DNA of 64,000 bases from Chloroflexota bacterium (GCA_013152435.1 JAADGJ010000037.1:14408-78407); one strand, 5' to 3'; positions 29,998 through 38,994 are shown, counted from the stretch's first letter. Notes: generated from the letters alone by a model not told the origin. Program-made: numbers and translations.

Positions 29998-31500
29998 ATG
30001 CCACGTTACCTCATGGCCCTGGATCAGGGCACGACATCATCACGCGCCATCGTCTTCGACGAGCACGGCCAGATCGTCTCCGTAGCCCAAAAGGAGTTCT
30101 CCCAGATCTATCCGCAACCCGGCTGGGTTGAGCACGACCCCGAGGAGATCTGGGATAGCCAGATCGAGGTGGCACGGGAAGCGCTGGATCGGGCAGGCCT
30201 GCACGCCCGCGATCTGGCTGGCATCGGCATCACGAACCAGCGAGAGACCACCATCGTCTGGGACCGCGAGACCGGCAAGCCGATCCACAACGCCATCGTG
30301 TGGCAGTGCCGTCGTACCGCCGCCATGTGCGATGATTTGCGCGCTCGAGGGCTGGCGGACGCCATCCGCCAGAAGACCGGCCTGGTGGTGGACGCTTACT
30401 TCTCCGGCACCAAGATCGCATGGCTGTTGGACAACGTGCCCGGCGCCCGGGCCCGGGCTGAGCGTGGCGAGCTGGCCTTTGGCACGGTGGATACATTCCT
30501 CATCTGGCGGCTGACGGGCGGCCGGGTGCACGCCACGGATTACTCCAACGCCAGCCGCACCATGATCTTCAACATCCACACCCTGGACTGGGACGACGAT
30601 CTACTGCGGGAGCTGCGTATCCCACGGGCCATGCTCCCAGAGGCGCGCCCCAGCTCCGGCGTGTTCGGCGAGAGCGCGCCGGATGCCCTCGGCGCCGCGG
30701 TGCCCATCGCGGGCGTCGCGGGCGACCAGCAGGCGGCCACCTTCGGCCAGGCGTGCTACACCCCGGGCATGGCCAAGAACACCTACGGCACCGGATGTTT
30801 CATGCTGCTCAACACCGGCGAACAGGCGGTGCCCTCCCAGCGCGGTCTGCTGACGACCATCGCCTGGGGGTTGGACGGGCGCGTCACGTACGCCCTGGAG
30901 GGGTCTATCTTCATCGCCGGGGCGGCGGTGCAGTGGCTACGGGATGGGCTGGGGATCATCGCCACCGCGGCGGAGACGGAGGAGCTGGCCGGGTCCGTGC
31001 CGGACACCGGCGGCGTGTACTTCGTCCCCGCGTTCGTGGGGCTGGGTGCCCCCTACTGGGATGCCTACGCCCGCGGCGTGATCGTGGGGCTGACGCGCGG
31101 GACGACCCGGGCGCACCTGGTGCGGGCCACGTTGGAGGCCATTTGCTATCAGACGCGGGACGTGGTGGACGCCATGGTGGCGGATGCCGGGGTTCCGCTG
31201 CAGGCGCTGAGGGTGGACGGCGGCGCCGTGGCCAACAACCTCCTGTGTCAGCTTCAGGCGGACCTGCTGGGCGTCCCCGTGCAGCGGCCGGTGGTGACCG
31301 AGACCACCGCCTTGGGCGCGGCCTACCTGGCGGGGCTAGCCGTGGGCCTCTGGAGCGGTCAAGAGGAGATCGCCGCGCAGTGGCAGGTAGATCGGGAGTT
31401 CAGCCCCGACATGCCGGCCGCCGAGCGCGATCGGCTGTACGCCGGATGGCAGCGGGCCGTGGAGCGGGCCAAAGGTTGGGCGGAGACCTCAGAGGCGTGA
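29998..31500 (+). CDS. glpK: glycerol kinase
   Basis: 500 aa. [49 protein letters not shown] and [31 protein letters not shown] are near-consensus GlpK. Confidence 0.95.
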   Translation: MPRYLMALDQGTTSSRAIVFDEHGQIVSVAQKEFSQIYPQPGWVEHDPEEIWDSQIEVAREALDRAGLHARDLAGIGITNQRETTIVWDRETGKPIHNAIVWQCRRTAAMCDDLRARGLADAIRQKTGLVVDAYFSGTKIAWLLDNVPGARARAERGELAFGTVDTFLIWRLTGGRVHATDYSNASRTMIFNIHTLDWDDDLLRELRIPRAMLPEARPSSGVFGESAPDALGAAVPIAGVAGDQQAATFGQACYTPGMAKNTYGTGCFMLLNTGEQAVPSQRGLLTTIAWGLDGRVTYALEGSIFIAGAAVQWLRDGLGIIATAAETEELAGSVPDTGGVYFVPAFVGLGAPYWDAYARGVIVGLTRGTTRAHLVRATLEAICYQTRDVVDAMVADAGVPLQALRVDGGAVANNLLCQLQADLLGVPVQRPVVTETTALGAAYLAGLAVGLWSGQEEIAAQWQVDREFSPDMPAAERDRLYAGWQRAVERAKGWAETSEA

Positions 31501-31506
31501 TGATTC

Positions 31507-32727
31507 ATGTCAACCGCTAACATCTCCGGGGATCTCCGACCGGACATCACCCGGCGCGGGCTTCGAACGGTCCGCGCCCTGTATTTCTTCCTCTTCGCGG
31601 CGGTGGGGGCCATCTTTCCCTACCTCAACGTATACTATCGAAGCATCGGCCTGAGCGGCACACAGATCGGATTGATCGGCTCCCTGCCGCCTTTGACGGG
31701 GATGATCGCCGGACCCCTGTGGGGCATGCTGAGCGATCGGCTGGGGGCGACGCGGTGGCTGCTGGTGTTGGCGGCCATCGGATCCATGGCCGCCGTGTTC
31801 GGATTGTCCCTGGCGCGCCAGTTCATCTGGCTGCTTCCCTTCACGGCCGCGTACGCCTTCTTCAGCAATCCCATGATGCCGCTGCTGGACAGCACCACTC
31901 TGGAGCTGCTGGAGGGACATCGCGAGCGCTACGGCCGCCAGCGGCTGTGGGGCTCGATGGGGTTCGTGATCACCTCCTGGGTGTTCGGCAACGTGCTGGA
32001 GCAGGTCGGCCTCCACTGGCTATTCCTGGGCTACATCGCCCTCATGATGGGCGTGCTGATCGCGGCCTTATGGCTGCCGGATCGCCGCACCCGGCTGCAG
32101 AGCCCATTGCGCAGCGGGATCGCCCGGCTGGTTCGCCAGCGGACGTGGGCGCTCTTCTCCATCAGCCTCATCGTGTTGGGGCTGGCCAACAGCGGCATGC
32201 ACAGCTTCCTCAACATCTATATTAAAGAGGCCGGCGGTGATGAAGGGTTGATCGGCGCGGTGTGGGGCATCGCCGCGCTGACGGAGCTGCCGGTGATGTT
32301 CCTGGCCGCCCCGATCATCGCCCGGATCGGCACCCGCCGCACCCTCGCCATCGCCTACGCCCTGTACGCGGTGCGCTGGCTATTGTACGGCATCATGCCG
32401 ACGCCCCAATGGGCCGCCCCCATCAGCCTGCTGCACGGCGTCACCTTCGGGGCGCTGTGGGTGGCTGGCGTGGCCTACGCAGATGCCTTGGCCCCCGAGG
32501 GGCTGAAGGCCACCGCCCAGGGGCTCTTCTCGGCCACCTTCTTCAGCCTCTCCAGCGTGATCGGCACCCCGATCAGCGGCTTCCTGTTCGATCGCATCGG
32601 CCCGGCGACTTTGTTCCAAAGCTACGCCGTGCTGGGCCTCATCGCGTTGGGGATCCTATGGTGGGGCACCCGGGGAACCGAACGAGACGCCGGAGAAACG
32701 CTCGATGTCCAGGGAGGACCCGCCTGA
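31507..32727 (+). CDS. MFS transporter (12 TM)
   Basis: 406 aa, 6+6 TM layout. It starts 6 nt after the glpK stop, so it is probably co-transcribed. Confidence 0.8.
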   Translation: MSTANISGDLRPDITRRGLRTVRALYFFLFAAVGAIFPYLNVYYRSIGLSGTQIGLIGSLPPLTGMIAGPLWGMLSDRLGATRWLLVLAAIGSMAAVFGLSLARQFIWLLPFTAAYAFFSNPMMPLLDSTTLELLEGHRERYGRQRLWGSMGFVITSWVFGNVLEQVGLHWLFLGYIALMMGVLIAALWLPDRRTRLQSPLRSGIARLVRQRTWALFSISLIVLGLANSGMHSFLNIYIKEAGGDEGLIGAVWGIAALTELPVMFLAAPIIARIGTRRTLAIAYALYAVRWLLYGIMPTPQWAAPISLLHGVTFGALWVAGVAYADALAPEGLKATAQGLFSATFFSLSSVIGTPISGFLFDRIGPATLFQSYAVLGLIALGILWWGTRGTERDAGETLDVQGGPA

Positions 32728-32770
32728 GCACACAGCCTGCTCCCCCGGCCCGATCACGCCATCCTTCAGA

Positions 32771-33025
32771 GCGTATCTGAAAATTTACCGGCGAGATGTC
32801 TGAGGGGTTTCCCTCAACGACCAGTTCCACAGGGGGAGGTGTGGAGGGGTCCTCCCCTCCACGGGAAACCCACTTTTCCGGCCTGCACCTGCCTTTCTCG
32901 GCCCTTCCTGAAGGGCTCAGGCCGAGGCCAGGCAGGTCGAAGGCATAAAGAAGGGCTTTTTCCGGAGGGGCTCCGCCCCTCCGGACCTCCCCGCAGCAGA
33001 AGCAACGGCATTTTTTCAGACGCAC
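32771..33025 (+). repeat. GC-rich hairpin-module repeat, copy 3: full-length, bounded by imperfect inverted ends (MITE-like)
   Basis: The left end GCGTATCTGAAAAT (32771) and the right end TTTTTCAGACGCAC (33012..33025) are reverse complements apart from one indel. The interior is head + hairpin modules. Related partial modules continue to about 33170. Confidence 0.75.
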
Positions 33026-33171
33026 TCTCACAACGGTGGTGTATCTCTTTCAGTGGAAACACAGCGGGGAGCTTTGAGGGGCACCCCTCCCAAAGAAGCT
33101 TCCCGCACCTCCCCTGCGGGCTTGCGATGGGCCTGGCGAAATTCCCACCACCTTTAGCCACAACAACCGAC

Positions 33172-33201
33172 TGGTCAGATCCCCAGCGGTCAGTATATAA
33201 T
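33172..33201 (+). promoter_or_regulatory. possible promoter TGGTCA-18-TATAAT
   Basis: Consensus -10 but weak -35, about 85 nt upstream of the small ORF at 33285. Confidence 0.35.
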
Positions 33202-33284
33202 AGGTCCAATCGCCCGCCCGCGCGGGCGATATCACGGCGGTGTCCCCTTTCCACGGGAGAGCACACCGACGGGAGGAAGAGGGT

Positions 33285-33623
33285 ATGGGGTTGCTGAAAA
33301 AACTGGCCGCTCTTTTCGGAAGCGGCGGGGCGGCCGGCGTCCATGACAACGCGTATTGGGTGTATGTGCGCTGCAACCGATGCGGCGAGGTGATCGCCAC
33401 CCGCATCAATCTGGCGAATGATCTGAGCGTGGAATATGGCGAGGACGAACGTCCCAGCGGCTACTATGTGCGTAAGCTCCTGGTGGGGACGGGAGCGCGG
33501 CGTTGCTACCAGCAGGTAGAGGTCGAGATCCGATTTGATGCCAGCAAACGGCCGGTCACTCAGACCGCCCACGGCGGGACCATCATCACCCGTGAAGAAT
33601 ATGAAGCCGAAGCCGATCGATGA
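33285..33623 (+). CDS. small conserved-looking protein (112 aa) with CxxC, function unknown
   Basis: ATG at 33285 after GGGAGGAAGAGGG; MGLLKKLAALFG...VRCNRCGEVIATRINL...RRCYQQVEVEIRF. Its stop overlaps the PHP gene start (ATGA). Confidence 0.6.
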   Translation: MGLLKKLAALFGSGGAAGVHDNAYWVYVRCNRCGEVIATRINLANDLSVEYGEDERPSGYYVRKLLVGTGARRCYQQVEVEIRFDASKRPVTQTAHGGTIITREEYEAEADR

Positions 33624-34324
33624 TCCTGCGCCTGGATCTGCACGTCCATTCCTCTCACTCGTATGATTGTCTGGTGCCACCCCGGCGGATCATCCACCTC
33701 GCCCGGCGGGCGGGCTTGGACGGCATCGCCCTCACGGATCACAACGAGATCGCAGGGGCTCTCCAATTGATGGACGAACAGCACGACGACACCTTTCGCG
33801 TGATCCCCGGAGAGGAGATCACCACCCGGGATGGCGAGATCATCGGCCTCTTCCTGCAGGAGCGCATCCCGCCGGGGCTTCCGGCGGCGGAGACCGTCGC
33901 CCGGATCAAAGAGCAGGGCGGCCTGGTATATATCCCCCATCCGGTCGCCCGAGGCGTGCCTCCCCGACTGCGCTGGCCCGTCCTGCTGGACCTGCTGCCG
34001 GAGGTGGACATCATCGAGGGATTCAACGGGCGGATCCCACTGGCCACGGATGACCACCGGGCACGCTCGCTGGCCCTGGCCCATGGGAAGGCGATCGGGG
34101 CCGGCAGCGACGCGCACTTCCCGTTCGAGTACGGGCGGGGGTGGGTGGAGATCGAGGACTTCCGTACCCCCGGTGAGTTTCTGGAACGCCTCCGCCGTGG
34201 GCAAGCGTGTGGATACCGCAAGACCCCCTACTGGGTCTCCGGCATCACGTTCACGCTCAAGCGCATCCGACTCGCGTGGCTGACTCTACAAATGCATCTG
34301 AAAAACACACCACGAAGTCACTAG
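33620..34324 (+). CDS. PHP-domain metal-dependent phosphoesterase
   Basis: LDLHVHSSHSYDC, ALTDHNEI, YIPHP and GSDAHFP motifs. The last ~12 codons run into repeat-derived sequence. Confidence 0.8.
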   Translation: MILRLDLHVHSSHSYDCLVPPRRIIHLARRAGLDGIALTDHNEIAGALQLMDEQHDDTFRVIPGEEITTRDGEIIGLFLQERIPPGLPAAETVARIKEQGGLVYIPHPVARGVPPRLRWPVLLDLLPEVDIIEGFNGRIPLATDDHRARSLALAHGKAIGAGSDAHFPFEYGRGWVEIEDFRTPGEFLERLRRGQACGYRKTPYWVSGITFTLKRIRLAWLTLQMHLKNTPRSH

Positions 34325-34500
34325 GAGCGTGTCTGAAAATTTACCGGCAAGATGTCTGAGAGTCTCCCTCAACTCCAGCTCCACAGGGGGAGGTGTGGAG
34401 GGTCCTCCCCTCCACGGAAATCCCACTTTTCTGGCCTGTACGTGCCTTTCTCGGCCCTTCCTGAAGGGCTCAGGCCGAGGCCAGGCAGGTCGAAGGCAAA
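34325..34500 (+). repeat. GC-rich hairpin-module repeat, copy 4 (head + modules)
   Basis: GAGCGTGTCTGAAAATTTACCGGCAAGATGTCTGAGAGTCTCCCTCAAC...CCACAGGGGGAGGTGTGGAGGGTCCTCCCCTCCACGGAAATCCCACTTTTCTGGCC...CAGGCAGGTCGAAGGC. Confidence 0.85.
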
Positions 34501-34508
34501 AGAAAGAG

Positions 34509-34537
34509 AGAGCCCGCCGGATGGTCCGGCGGGCTCT
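34509..34537. terminator. bidirectional hairpin terminator between convergent PHP and LysM genes
   Basis: AGAGCCCGCCGG-ATGGT-CCGGCGGGCTCT, a 12-bp stem. The minus-strand tail CTCTTTCTTTTG is T-rich. Confidence 0.75.
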
Positions 34538-34563
34538 TTCTCGCTCGCAGAGACGAACCACGT

Positions 34564-35889
34564 CTAGCGATAATCGATCCGATCGGCGGGAACGTAAAGC
34601 AGGCCACCCCAGTAGGCCCGACCATCACGCTCCACGATCAACAGGAAGCCGTCATCCTGCTGGTCCTCCCCCCATCCGGTGGAATAGACGATCATGCGCA
34701 CATCGGCGGGGAAGGTCACACGCCCGGCCAACAACCCCTGCGCGTCAACGGAGGGATCAACGGTGACATCGCCCGGGCCGAGATACACGTCCTTCAGCTG
34801 CTCGATGGCCTCATCAGGCGTCAACACCTGACCCTCCGCGTGATAGAGGCCGATGGAGAAGGCATCGGGCGGCATGAAGTCCCGCAGATCGTCGTAATTC
34901 TTGGTCCGGATCGCCTCGCTCAGAAGATCGATGACCGGGTCCAGGTCCAACCCTTGCAGCCGCACGGTAACCGAGTTCAGATGCTCTACGGCGCCATCAC
35001 GAGGGCTCACGCTGTAAACCTGGATGCGGCCGAATTGCGTGTTCAGAGGCACGACGAACGGGACGGTCGCCGTGAAGGGCCCTCGCTGGCCCATATCGGC
35101 ATCGATGAACCCGATGCCCAGGCCGACCTCCTTGCCCGCCTCGTCCAGGATCCGCACCGTGACCTGCTGCTCGAAGGCGGAGGCCAGGCCGGTCACCGTC
35201 ACCGGGCTCACGACCGTCTGATTCTGGGCGGGGCTGAGGATGCGGATGACCTCATCGCACGCGCACTCGCCCGGGGCGGGCGGCTGAGCGATGGGAACCG
35301 GTGTCGGAGCACCGGCAGAGGGGGGCAGCTCAGGGGTCGGCGTCGGCGACGGGATGGCCTCGGGCGTCGGCGTCGACGGCGTGGGTGTAGCCTCAGGCAC
35401 CGTCGTGGGCGGCAGGGTCGTCGGCGCGGGCACGTTGGGGATCACCAGCTTCTGCCCCACGAAGATCAGGTGGGGGTTGCGCAGCCCGTTGGCTCGCATC
35501 AGCTCGCCCACGGTGACGTTGTAGCGCTCCGCGATCCCTTGCAGCGTCTGTCCACGCTGCACGACGTGGATCAGCACCTCAGCCGGCGTCGGGGTCACGG
35601 TGGCCGTCTCGGTCGCGGCAGGCGTCTCCTCCGCCACCGGGATCACCAGCTTCTGCCCCACGAAGATCACGTTGGGGTTGCGCAGCCCGTTGGCCCGCAT
35701 GATCTCCACCACCGTGACGCCATACCGCTCGGCGATGAAATAGAGGGTCTCCCCCGGCCGAACGACATGCACGACCTGGGACTCCTGGGCGACGACGGCC
35801 GGCACCAACAACAGCCCCAATAGCAGCACGATCAACAGGCTCATGCACAGGCGCCCCCGGGCCCGTCGTGGAAGTCGAGATACCAACAT
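34564..35889 (-). CDS. secreted protein with two LysM domains, PT-rich linker and Gmad2-like Ig domain
   Basis: Two copies of VRPGETL..IAERYGVTV.ELMRANGLRNP..IFVGQKLVIP. The C-terminal region (CACDEVIRILSPAQNQTVVSPVTVTG...VRILDEAGKEVG) resembles Gmad2. RBS AAGGAG 8 nt before the ATG at 35889. Confidence 0.85.
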   Translation of the reverse strand: MLVSRLPRRARGRLCMSLLIVLLLGLLLVPAVVAQESQVVHVVRPGETLYFIAERYGVTVVEIMRANGLRNPNVIFVGQKLVIPVAEETPAATETATVTPTPAEVLIHVVQRGQTLQGIAERYNVTVGELMRANGLRNPHLIFVGQKLVIPNVPAPTTLPPTTVPEATPTPSTPTPEAIPSPTPTPELPPSAGAPTPVPIAQPPAPGECACDEVIRILSPAQNQTVVSPVTVTGLASAFEQQVTVRILDEAGKEVGLGIGFIDADMGQRGPFTATVPFVVPLNTQFGRIQVYSVSPRDGAVEHLNSVTVRLQGLDLDPVIDLLSEAIRTKNYDDLRDFMPPDAFSIGLYHAEGQVLTPDEAIEQLKDVYLGPGDVTVDPSVDAQGLLAGRVTFPADVRMIVYSTGWGEDQQDDGFLLIVERDGRAYWGGLLYVPADRIDYR

Positions 35890-35952
35890 AGGCTCATCTC
35901 CTTATGACCGGACAAGATGGGCGATGAATGGCTTAAATCGAAAGGTGTTTCC

Positions 35953-35981
35953 AGTATAGCATAAACTGGATGCGCTCACAA
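35953..35981 (-). promoter_or_regulatory. sigma70-type promoter TTGTGA-17-TATACT (minus strand) for the LysM gene
   Basis: The reverse complement of 35953..35981 reads TTGTGAGCGCATCCAGTTTATGCTATACT. The leader is about 57 nt. Confidence 0.55.
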
Positions 35982-36094
35982 CCAACGATGGACAAGAGGG
36001 GAATCCCCTCAGGCATCGGGATATCCTTCACCAAACGAGAGCAGCGCTCACCCGTCGAGGGTGAGTCGGGTGAATGCACGGTCGGGAATGGGCC

Positions 36095-36799
36095 TCACGG
36101 TGAGACCACCATAAATGCTCCCAGCATCCAAAACAATCCGTGTGCAACGTAGGGGGCCACGATGCCTCCCGACCTCTCCCGCAACCATCCCAAGATAACG
36201 CCCGTTACAAACGCCGCAGCGAATTCTATGAAATGCCCTAAATAGCCAAGGTGGGCCACGGAAAAGATCACCGCCTGCCACATGATCGCCTGCCCACCTC
36301 CCACCTTCTCCGCCAGCAGCGGCTGCAGATATCCCCGATAGAGATTTTCCTCCACCCACGCGGCCAAACCAAAGGCAAAAAACGCCACCACCAGGATTCG
36401 GGACAAACTGGGCACGAGTGTTTCGGGAGGCTCCATGTTCCCCCCCAACATCGCCCATACAACCACGTTGATGTAAATCAAAATGAAGCCCAAAAAGCCC
36501 AAGCCTATGGCCTTGACCGCCCCTTCCCTCCTCCAGCCTAATTCTCGCCACGACGTCCCCGTTAACCAGACGATGCCCCCCGCGATGAGCCCGATCGCCA
36601 TGAGAAGAAACCAAAGCAACAAAAAGAACACGAAAGCGACCGATGTCTGAAAGTCAGGGGAATCAAACCATCGCCGCCACATAACGGTTTGGGAGAAACG
36701 CCCTAGCGAGAACACAAGAACCAGGATGATCCCCCACACAAGGCGGTTCTGCTGAAACCATGTCCGGTGACCCCATCTTTCTACGCTCGCATGTTCCAT
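36095..36799 (-). CDS. CPBP-family intramembrane glutamic endopeptidase (CAAX protease/Abi-like)
   Basis: EENLYRGYLQPLL and FSVAHLGY...VAHGLFW motifs in a 6-7 TM protein. Confidence 0.85.
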   Translation of the reverse strand: MEHASVERWGHRTWFQQNRLVWGIILVLVFSLGRFSQTVMWRRWFDSPDFQTSVAFVFFLLLWFLLMAIGLIAGGIVWLTGTSWRELGWRREGAVKAIGLGFLGFILIYINVVVWAMLGGNMEPPETLVPSLSRILVVAFFAFGLAAWVEENLYRGYLQPLLAEKVGGGQAIMWQAVIFSVAHLGYLGHFIEFAAAFVTGVILGWLRERSGGIVAPYVAHGLFWMLGAFMVVSP

Positions 36800-36823
36800 T
36801 TCTTTCCTTCCCCAAAGAAGTAC

Positions 36824-37156
36824 CTAACGACCGGATATCCGGATGTGGGCATCTGCCGGCAAGGCCATGCCCAACGTGACCTCGATCGCCTTCACAATGC
36901 CACTGTACACCGGACAGCCGGGATGGGGGATCGTCTTCCGAAATAGTCCCTGCAATGGGGTGTCCCCATTCTCATCTCTTGGCCGTATCACCTCCTGAAA
37001 CCCATCCAGGATTCGCCCATCCAGCGCGTCCGCCAGCCGCGTGATATTGGCGCACTGGCTGGTAATCGTGATTCGCACCCCCGCGCCGTCCTGGGAGGCC
37101 ACACACACCTCGGACCGAAATCCACATACGCCCGAATCCACGATCGCACTACCCAT
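36824..37156 (-). CDS. small Cys-containing hypothetical protein (110 aa)
   Basis: MGSAIVDSGVCGFRSEVCVASQDG...SQCANITRL...HPGCPVYSG: four Cys, soluble. It starts 16 nt downstream of the preceding gene's stop (37173). No family is confidently recognised. Confidence 0.55.
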   Translation of the reverse strand: MGSAIVDSGVCGFRSEVCVASQDGAGVRITITSQCANITRLADALDGRILDGFQEVIRPRDENGDTPLQGLFRKTIPHPGCPVYSGIVKAIEVTLGMALPADAHIRISGR

Positions 37157-37172
37157 GTCCGCTCACCATATA

Positions 37173-37628
37173 TCACTCAGGTCGACGAGCGCGCACGGTC
37201 CGTCGGGCGTCCAGAAACATGGGATGCAACACGGTGATGATCCTCGCCATCCGCTCCCCCACCCGCTCCAGGAACGCGGCATCATAGGGCTGGAGCGGGA
37301 TCGTCTCGTACACCTTCGTCCACCCCCGATCCCACGGCTCCGCCTCGAACCCCTCGCCCAGCGCCGCCTTTACCTCCACCAGATGGGCCTGGAAATAGGC
37401 CAGCAACGCCTGGTTCTCCTGCGAGGAGCGGCTCTCGAAGTGCAGCCCGAGCTCCAGCCGATCGCCGAACCGCAGGCTCGTGCGAACGACCTCGTAGTGC
37501 AAACGAGGGATATCCTCGTAAAGCTGGCAGCCGAAGCTCCACACCCGATGTTGGAAACGCGGCAACCCCGGCGGGAGATAGCGTGTGATCGCCCCCGGGA
37601 GTTGCCGCATGAACTCACTGCTTCGCAC
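37173..37628 (-). CDS. hypothetical protein (151 aa)
   Basis: Coding-like composition, 13-nt gap to the HD gene. No motif recognised. Confidence 0.55.
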   Translation of the reverse strand: MRSSEFMRQLPGAITRYLPPGLPRFQHRVWSFGCQLYEDIPRLHYEVVRTSLRFGDRLELGLHFESRSSQENQALLAYFQAHLVEVKAALGEGFEAEPWDRGWTKVYETIPLQPYDAAFLERVGERMARIITVLHPMFLDARRTVRARRPE

Positions 37629-37641
37629 CAGTATACCTGCC

Positions 37642-38229
37642 TTATGCCTGTCGTCCGTCCAGACCCAGGTCGGAGGCGATATCCTGCATCGCCTTCAGAA
37701 CCAGCGCGATGTGATCATTCAGATCCTCGCCCAGGTCGGCCGTGAAACGCTCGATATCCTGGCGATTGATCGCCGCGGCAAAGGCCTTGCTCTTCCACTT
37801 CTTGCGCACGGACTTTACCGTGGCATCACGCAGGTCCTTGGAAGGGCGCACGTAGCCCACGGCCATGATGAGCCCAGTAAGCTCATCGACGGCCATCAGC
37901 GTCTTGTCCAGCAAGCTCTCCCGGGGCACGTTGAGGTGTTCCGCATGCGCCTCGACCGCGTGGATGAGCTCCTCCGGCCACTGAAGCTCCCGGAGCACGC
38001 GCAGGGCCGCGCGAGGGTGACCGTTCTCCGGATCGTTCATGTCCGGATAGCGCTCGAAGTCCAGATCGTGCACCAGCCCGGTGATCCCCCAGAGCTCCTC
38101 ATCCTCTCCATACTTGCGCGCGTATGCGCGCATGGCGGCCTCCACGGCCAGGAGATGTTTCCGCAGGCTATCGGACGAAACCCACTCGCACACCAGGTTC
38201 CACGCCTCTTCTCGGGTCGGTCGAGCCAT
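37642..38229 (-). CDS. HD-domain metal-dependent phosphohydrolase
   Basis: Start at the ATG at 38229 after GGGAGGAG (the track ORF begins further upstream at 38361, inside a terminator palindrome). H...GLVHDLD...H pattern (LRKHLLAVEAAM, HDLDFERY). Confidence 0.8.
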   Translation of the reverse strand: MARPTREEAWNLVCEWVSSDSLRKHLLAVEAAMRAYARKYGEDEELWGITGLVHDLDFERYPDMNDPENGHPRAALRVLRELQWPEELIHAVEAHAEHLNVPRESLLDKTLMAVDELTGLIMAVGYVRPSKDLRDATVKSVRKKWKSKAFAAAINRQDIERFTADLGEDLNDHIALVLKAMQDIASDLGLDGRQA

Positions 38230-38265
38230 CACGCTCCTCCCGCAGTGATGTGTGAACTGGGAACG

Positions 38266-38294
38266 ATGATAGCACAGGGAAGGGTGACGAGCAA
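38266..38294 (-). promoter_or_regulatory. sigma70-type promoter TTGCTC-17-TATCAT (minus strand) for the HD-to-CPBP operon
   Basis: The reverse complement reads TTGCTCGTCACCCTTCCCTGTGCTATCAT. TGC precedes the -10 box. The leader is about 30 nt. Confidence 0.55.
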
Positions 38295-38327
38295 GCGCCT
38301 GGGGCTGGGCCGGCGGCAGGAATACGC

Positions 38328-38359
38328 GTACAGGCCGCCGCAGTTGCGGCGGCCTGTAC
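38328..38359 (-). terminator. strong hairpin terminator after the PPC-domain gene
   Basis: GTACAGGCCGCCGC-AGTT-GCGGCGGCCTGTAC, a perfect 14-bp stem 42 nt after the stop at 38401. No clear T-tract. Confidence 0.7.
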
Positions 38360-38400
38360 ACTTCCTGACGGTTGATGGAGGTGTAAGTATTTGGACCGGA

Positions 38401-38994
38401 TCACATCCTCATTCTGGGTGGGATAGGAGGTGTGACCTTTCTCAAGCCGCTGTCTGAATCGCTCTCGCCCGCGCTGATGAACAAGCGATAGCCGATGTTG
38501 ATCCCAAACCGGTTCTCCTTCTCCGCCACGCGCACCAGGTAACGCCCTGTCTCAGGAGCCTGCCAGATCAATCGGGCGGCCTTGCTTCCCGCAAAATCAT
38601 CGTTCTCGGCCAGCAATTGGGGCACTTCATCGGCCGTGAATAGGGCCAGAACCGGATCCGTATCGCCCAACAAACCTTCCGTAGCGATCAAATAATACTG
38701 CCCCGCCTTGGCCTCAAAGGATACCCAATCCACATCACCGGGAACGCCGAACAGATGGAATTGCGCGTCGCCATCGACCTCAATGAGCTTCGCCTCCTCG
38801 GGCACGTCATCACATTCAAAAGCATCCACCGCCGTAGAGGAGGTGACGGGCGGCACCGCATGGATCACGCCGATGCTGGAGGTGACCCCGCCGGGGGTCT
38901 GCTCATCGGCCAGCGCACCGGTGATGAGTATCGTCGACAGCATCAGGCAAGCCAGCAGAAACGCTATCGCGAATCGGGACTTCCTGATCACCAT
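38401..38994 (-). CDS. secreted protein with pre-peptidase C-terminal (PPC)-like beta-sandwich domain
   Basis: Signal anchor MVIRKSRFAIAFLLACLMLSTILITGALA. GDVDWVSFEAKAGQYYLIAT...DPVLALF...GRYLVRV matches the PPC/bacterial pre-peptidase pattern. Confidence 0.7.
   Translation of the reverse strand: MVIRKSRFAIAFLLACLMLSTILITGALADEQTPGGVTSSIGVIHAVPPVTSSTAVDAFECDDVPEEAKLIEVDGDAQFHLFGVPGDVDWVSFEAKAGQYYLIATEGLLGDTDPVLALFTADEVPQLLAENDDFAGSKAARLIWQAPETGRYLVRVAEKENRFGINIGYRLFISAGESDSDSGLRKVTPPIPPRMRM

Noticed and set aside
32839-33297. ORFs lying inside the hairpin repeats: 511..1152, 32839..33297, 34329..34766, 41486..41809, 41455..41850(-), 52275..52514(-). They share peptide segments such as GPPLHG.PTF.ACTCLSRPFLKGSGRGQAGRR.
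   Set aside because: The shared peptides simply mirror the nucleotide repeat. The frames are not conserved between copies, there is no RBS, and the composition is not protein-like.
35380-35720. Near-identical ~45-80-nt DNA segments on the minus-strand LysM gene.
   Set aside because: They are explained by the two tandem LysM domains of one protein (intragenic domain duplication), not by an independent repeat element.
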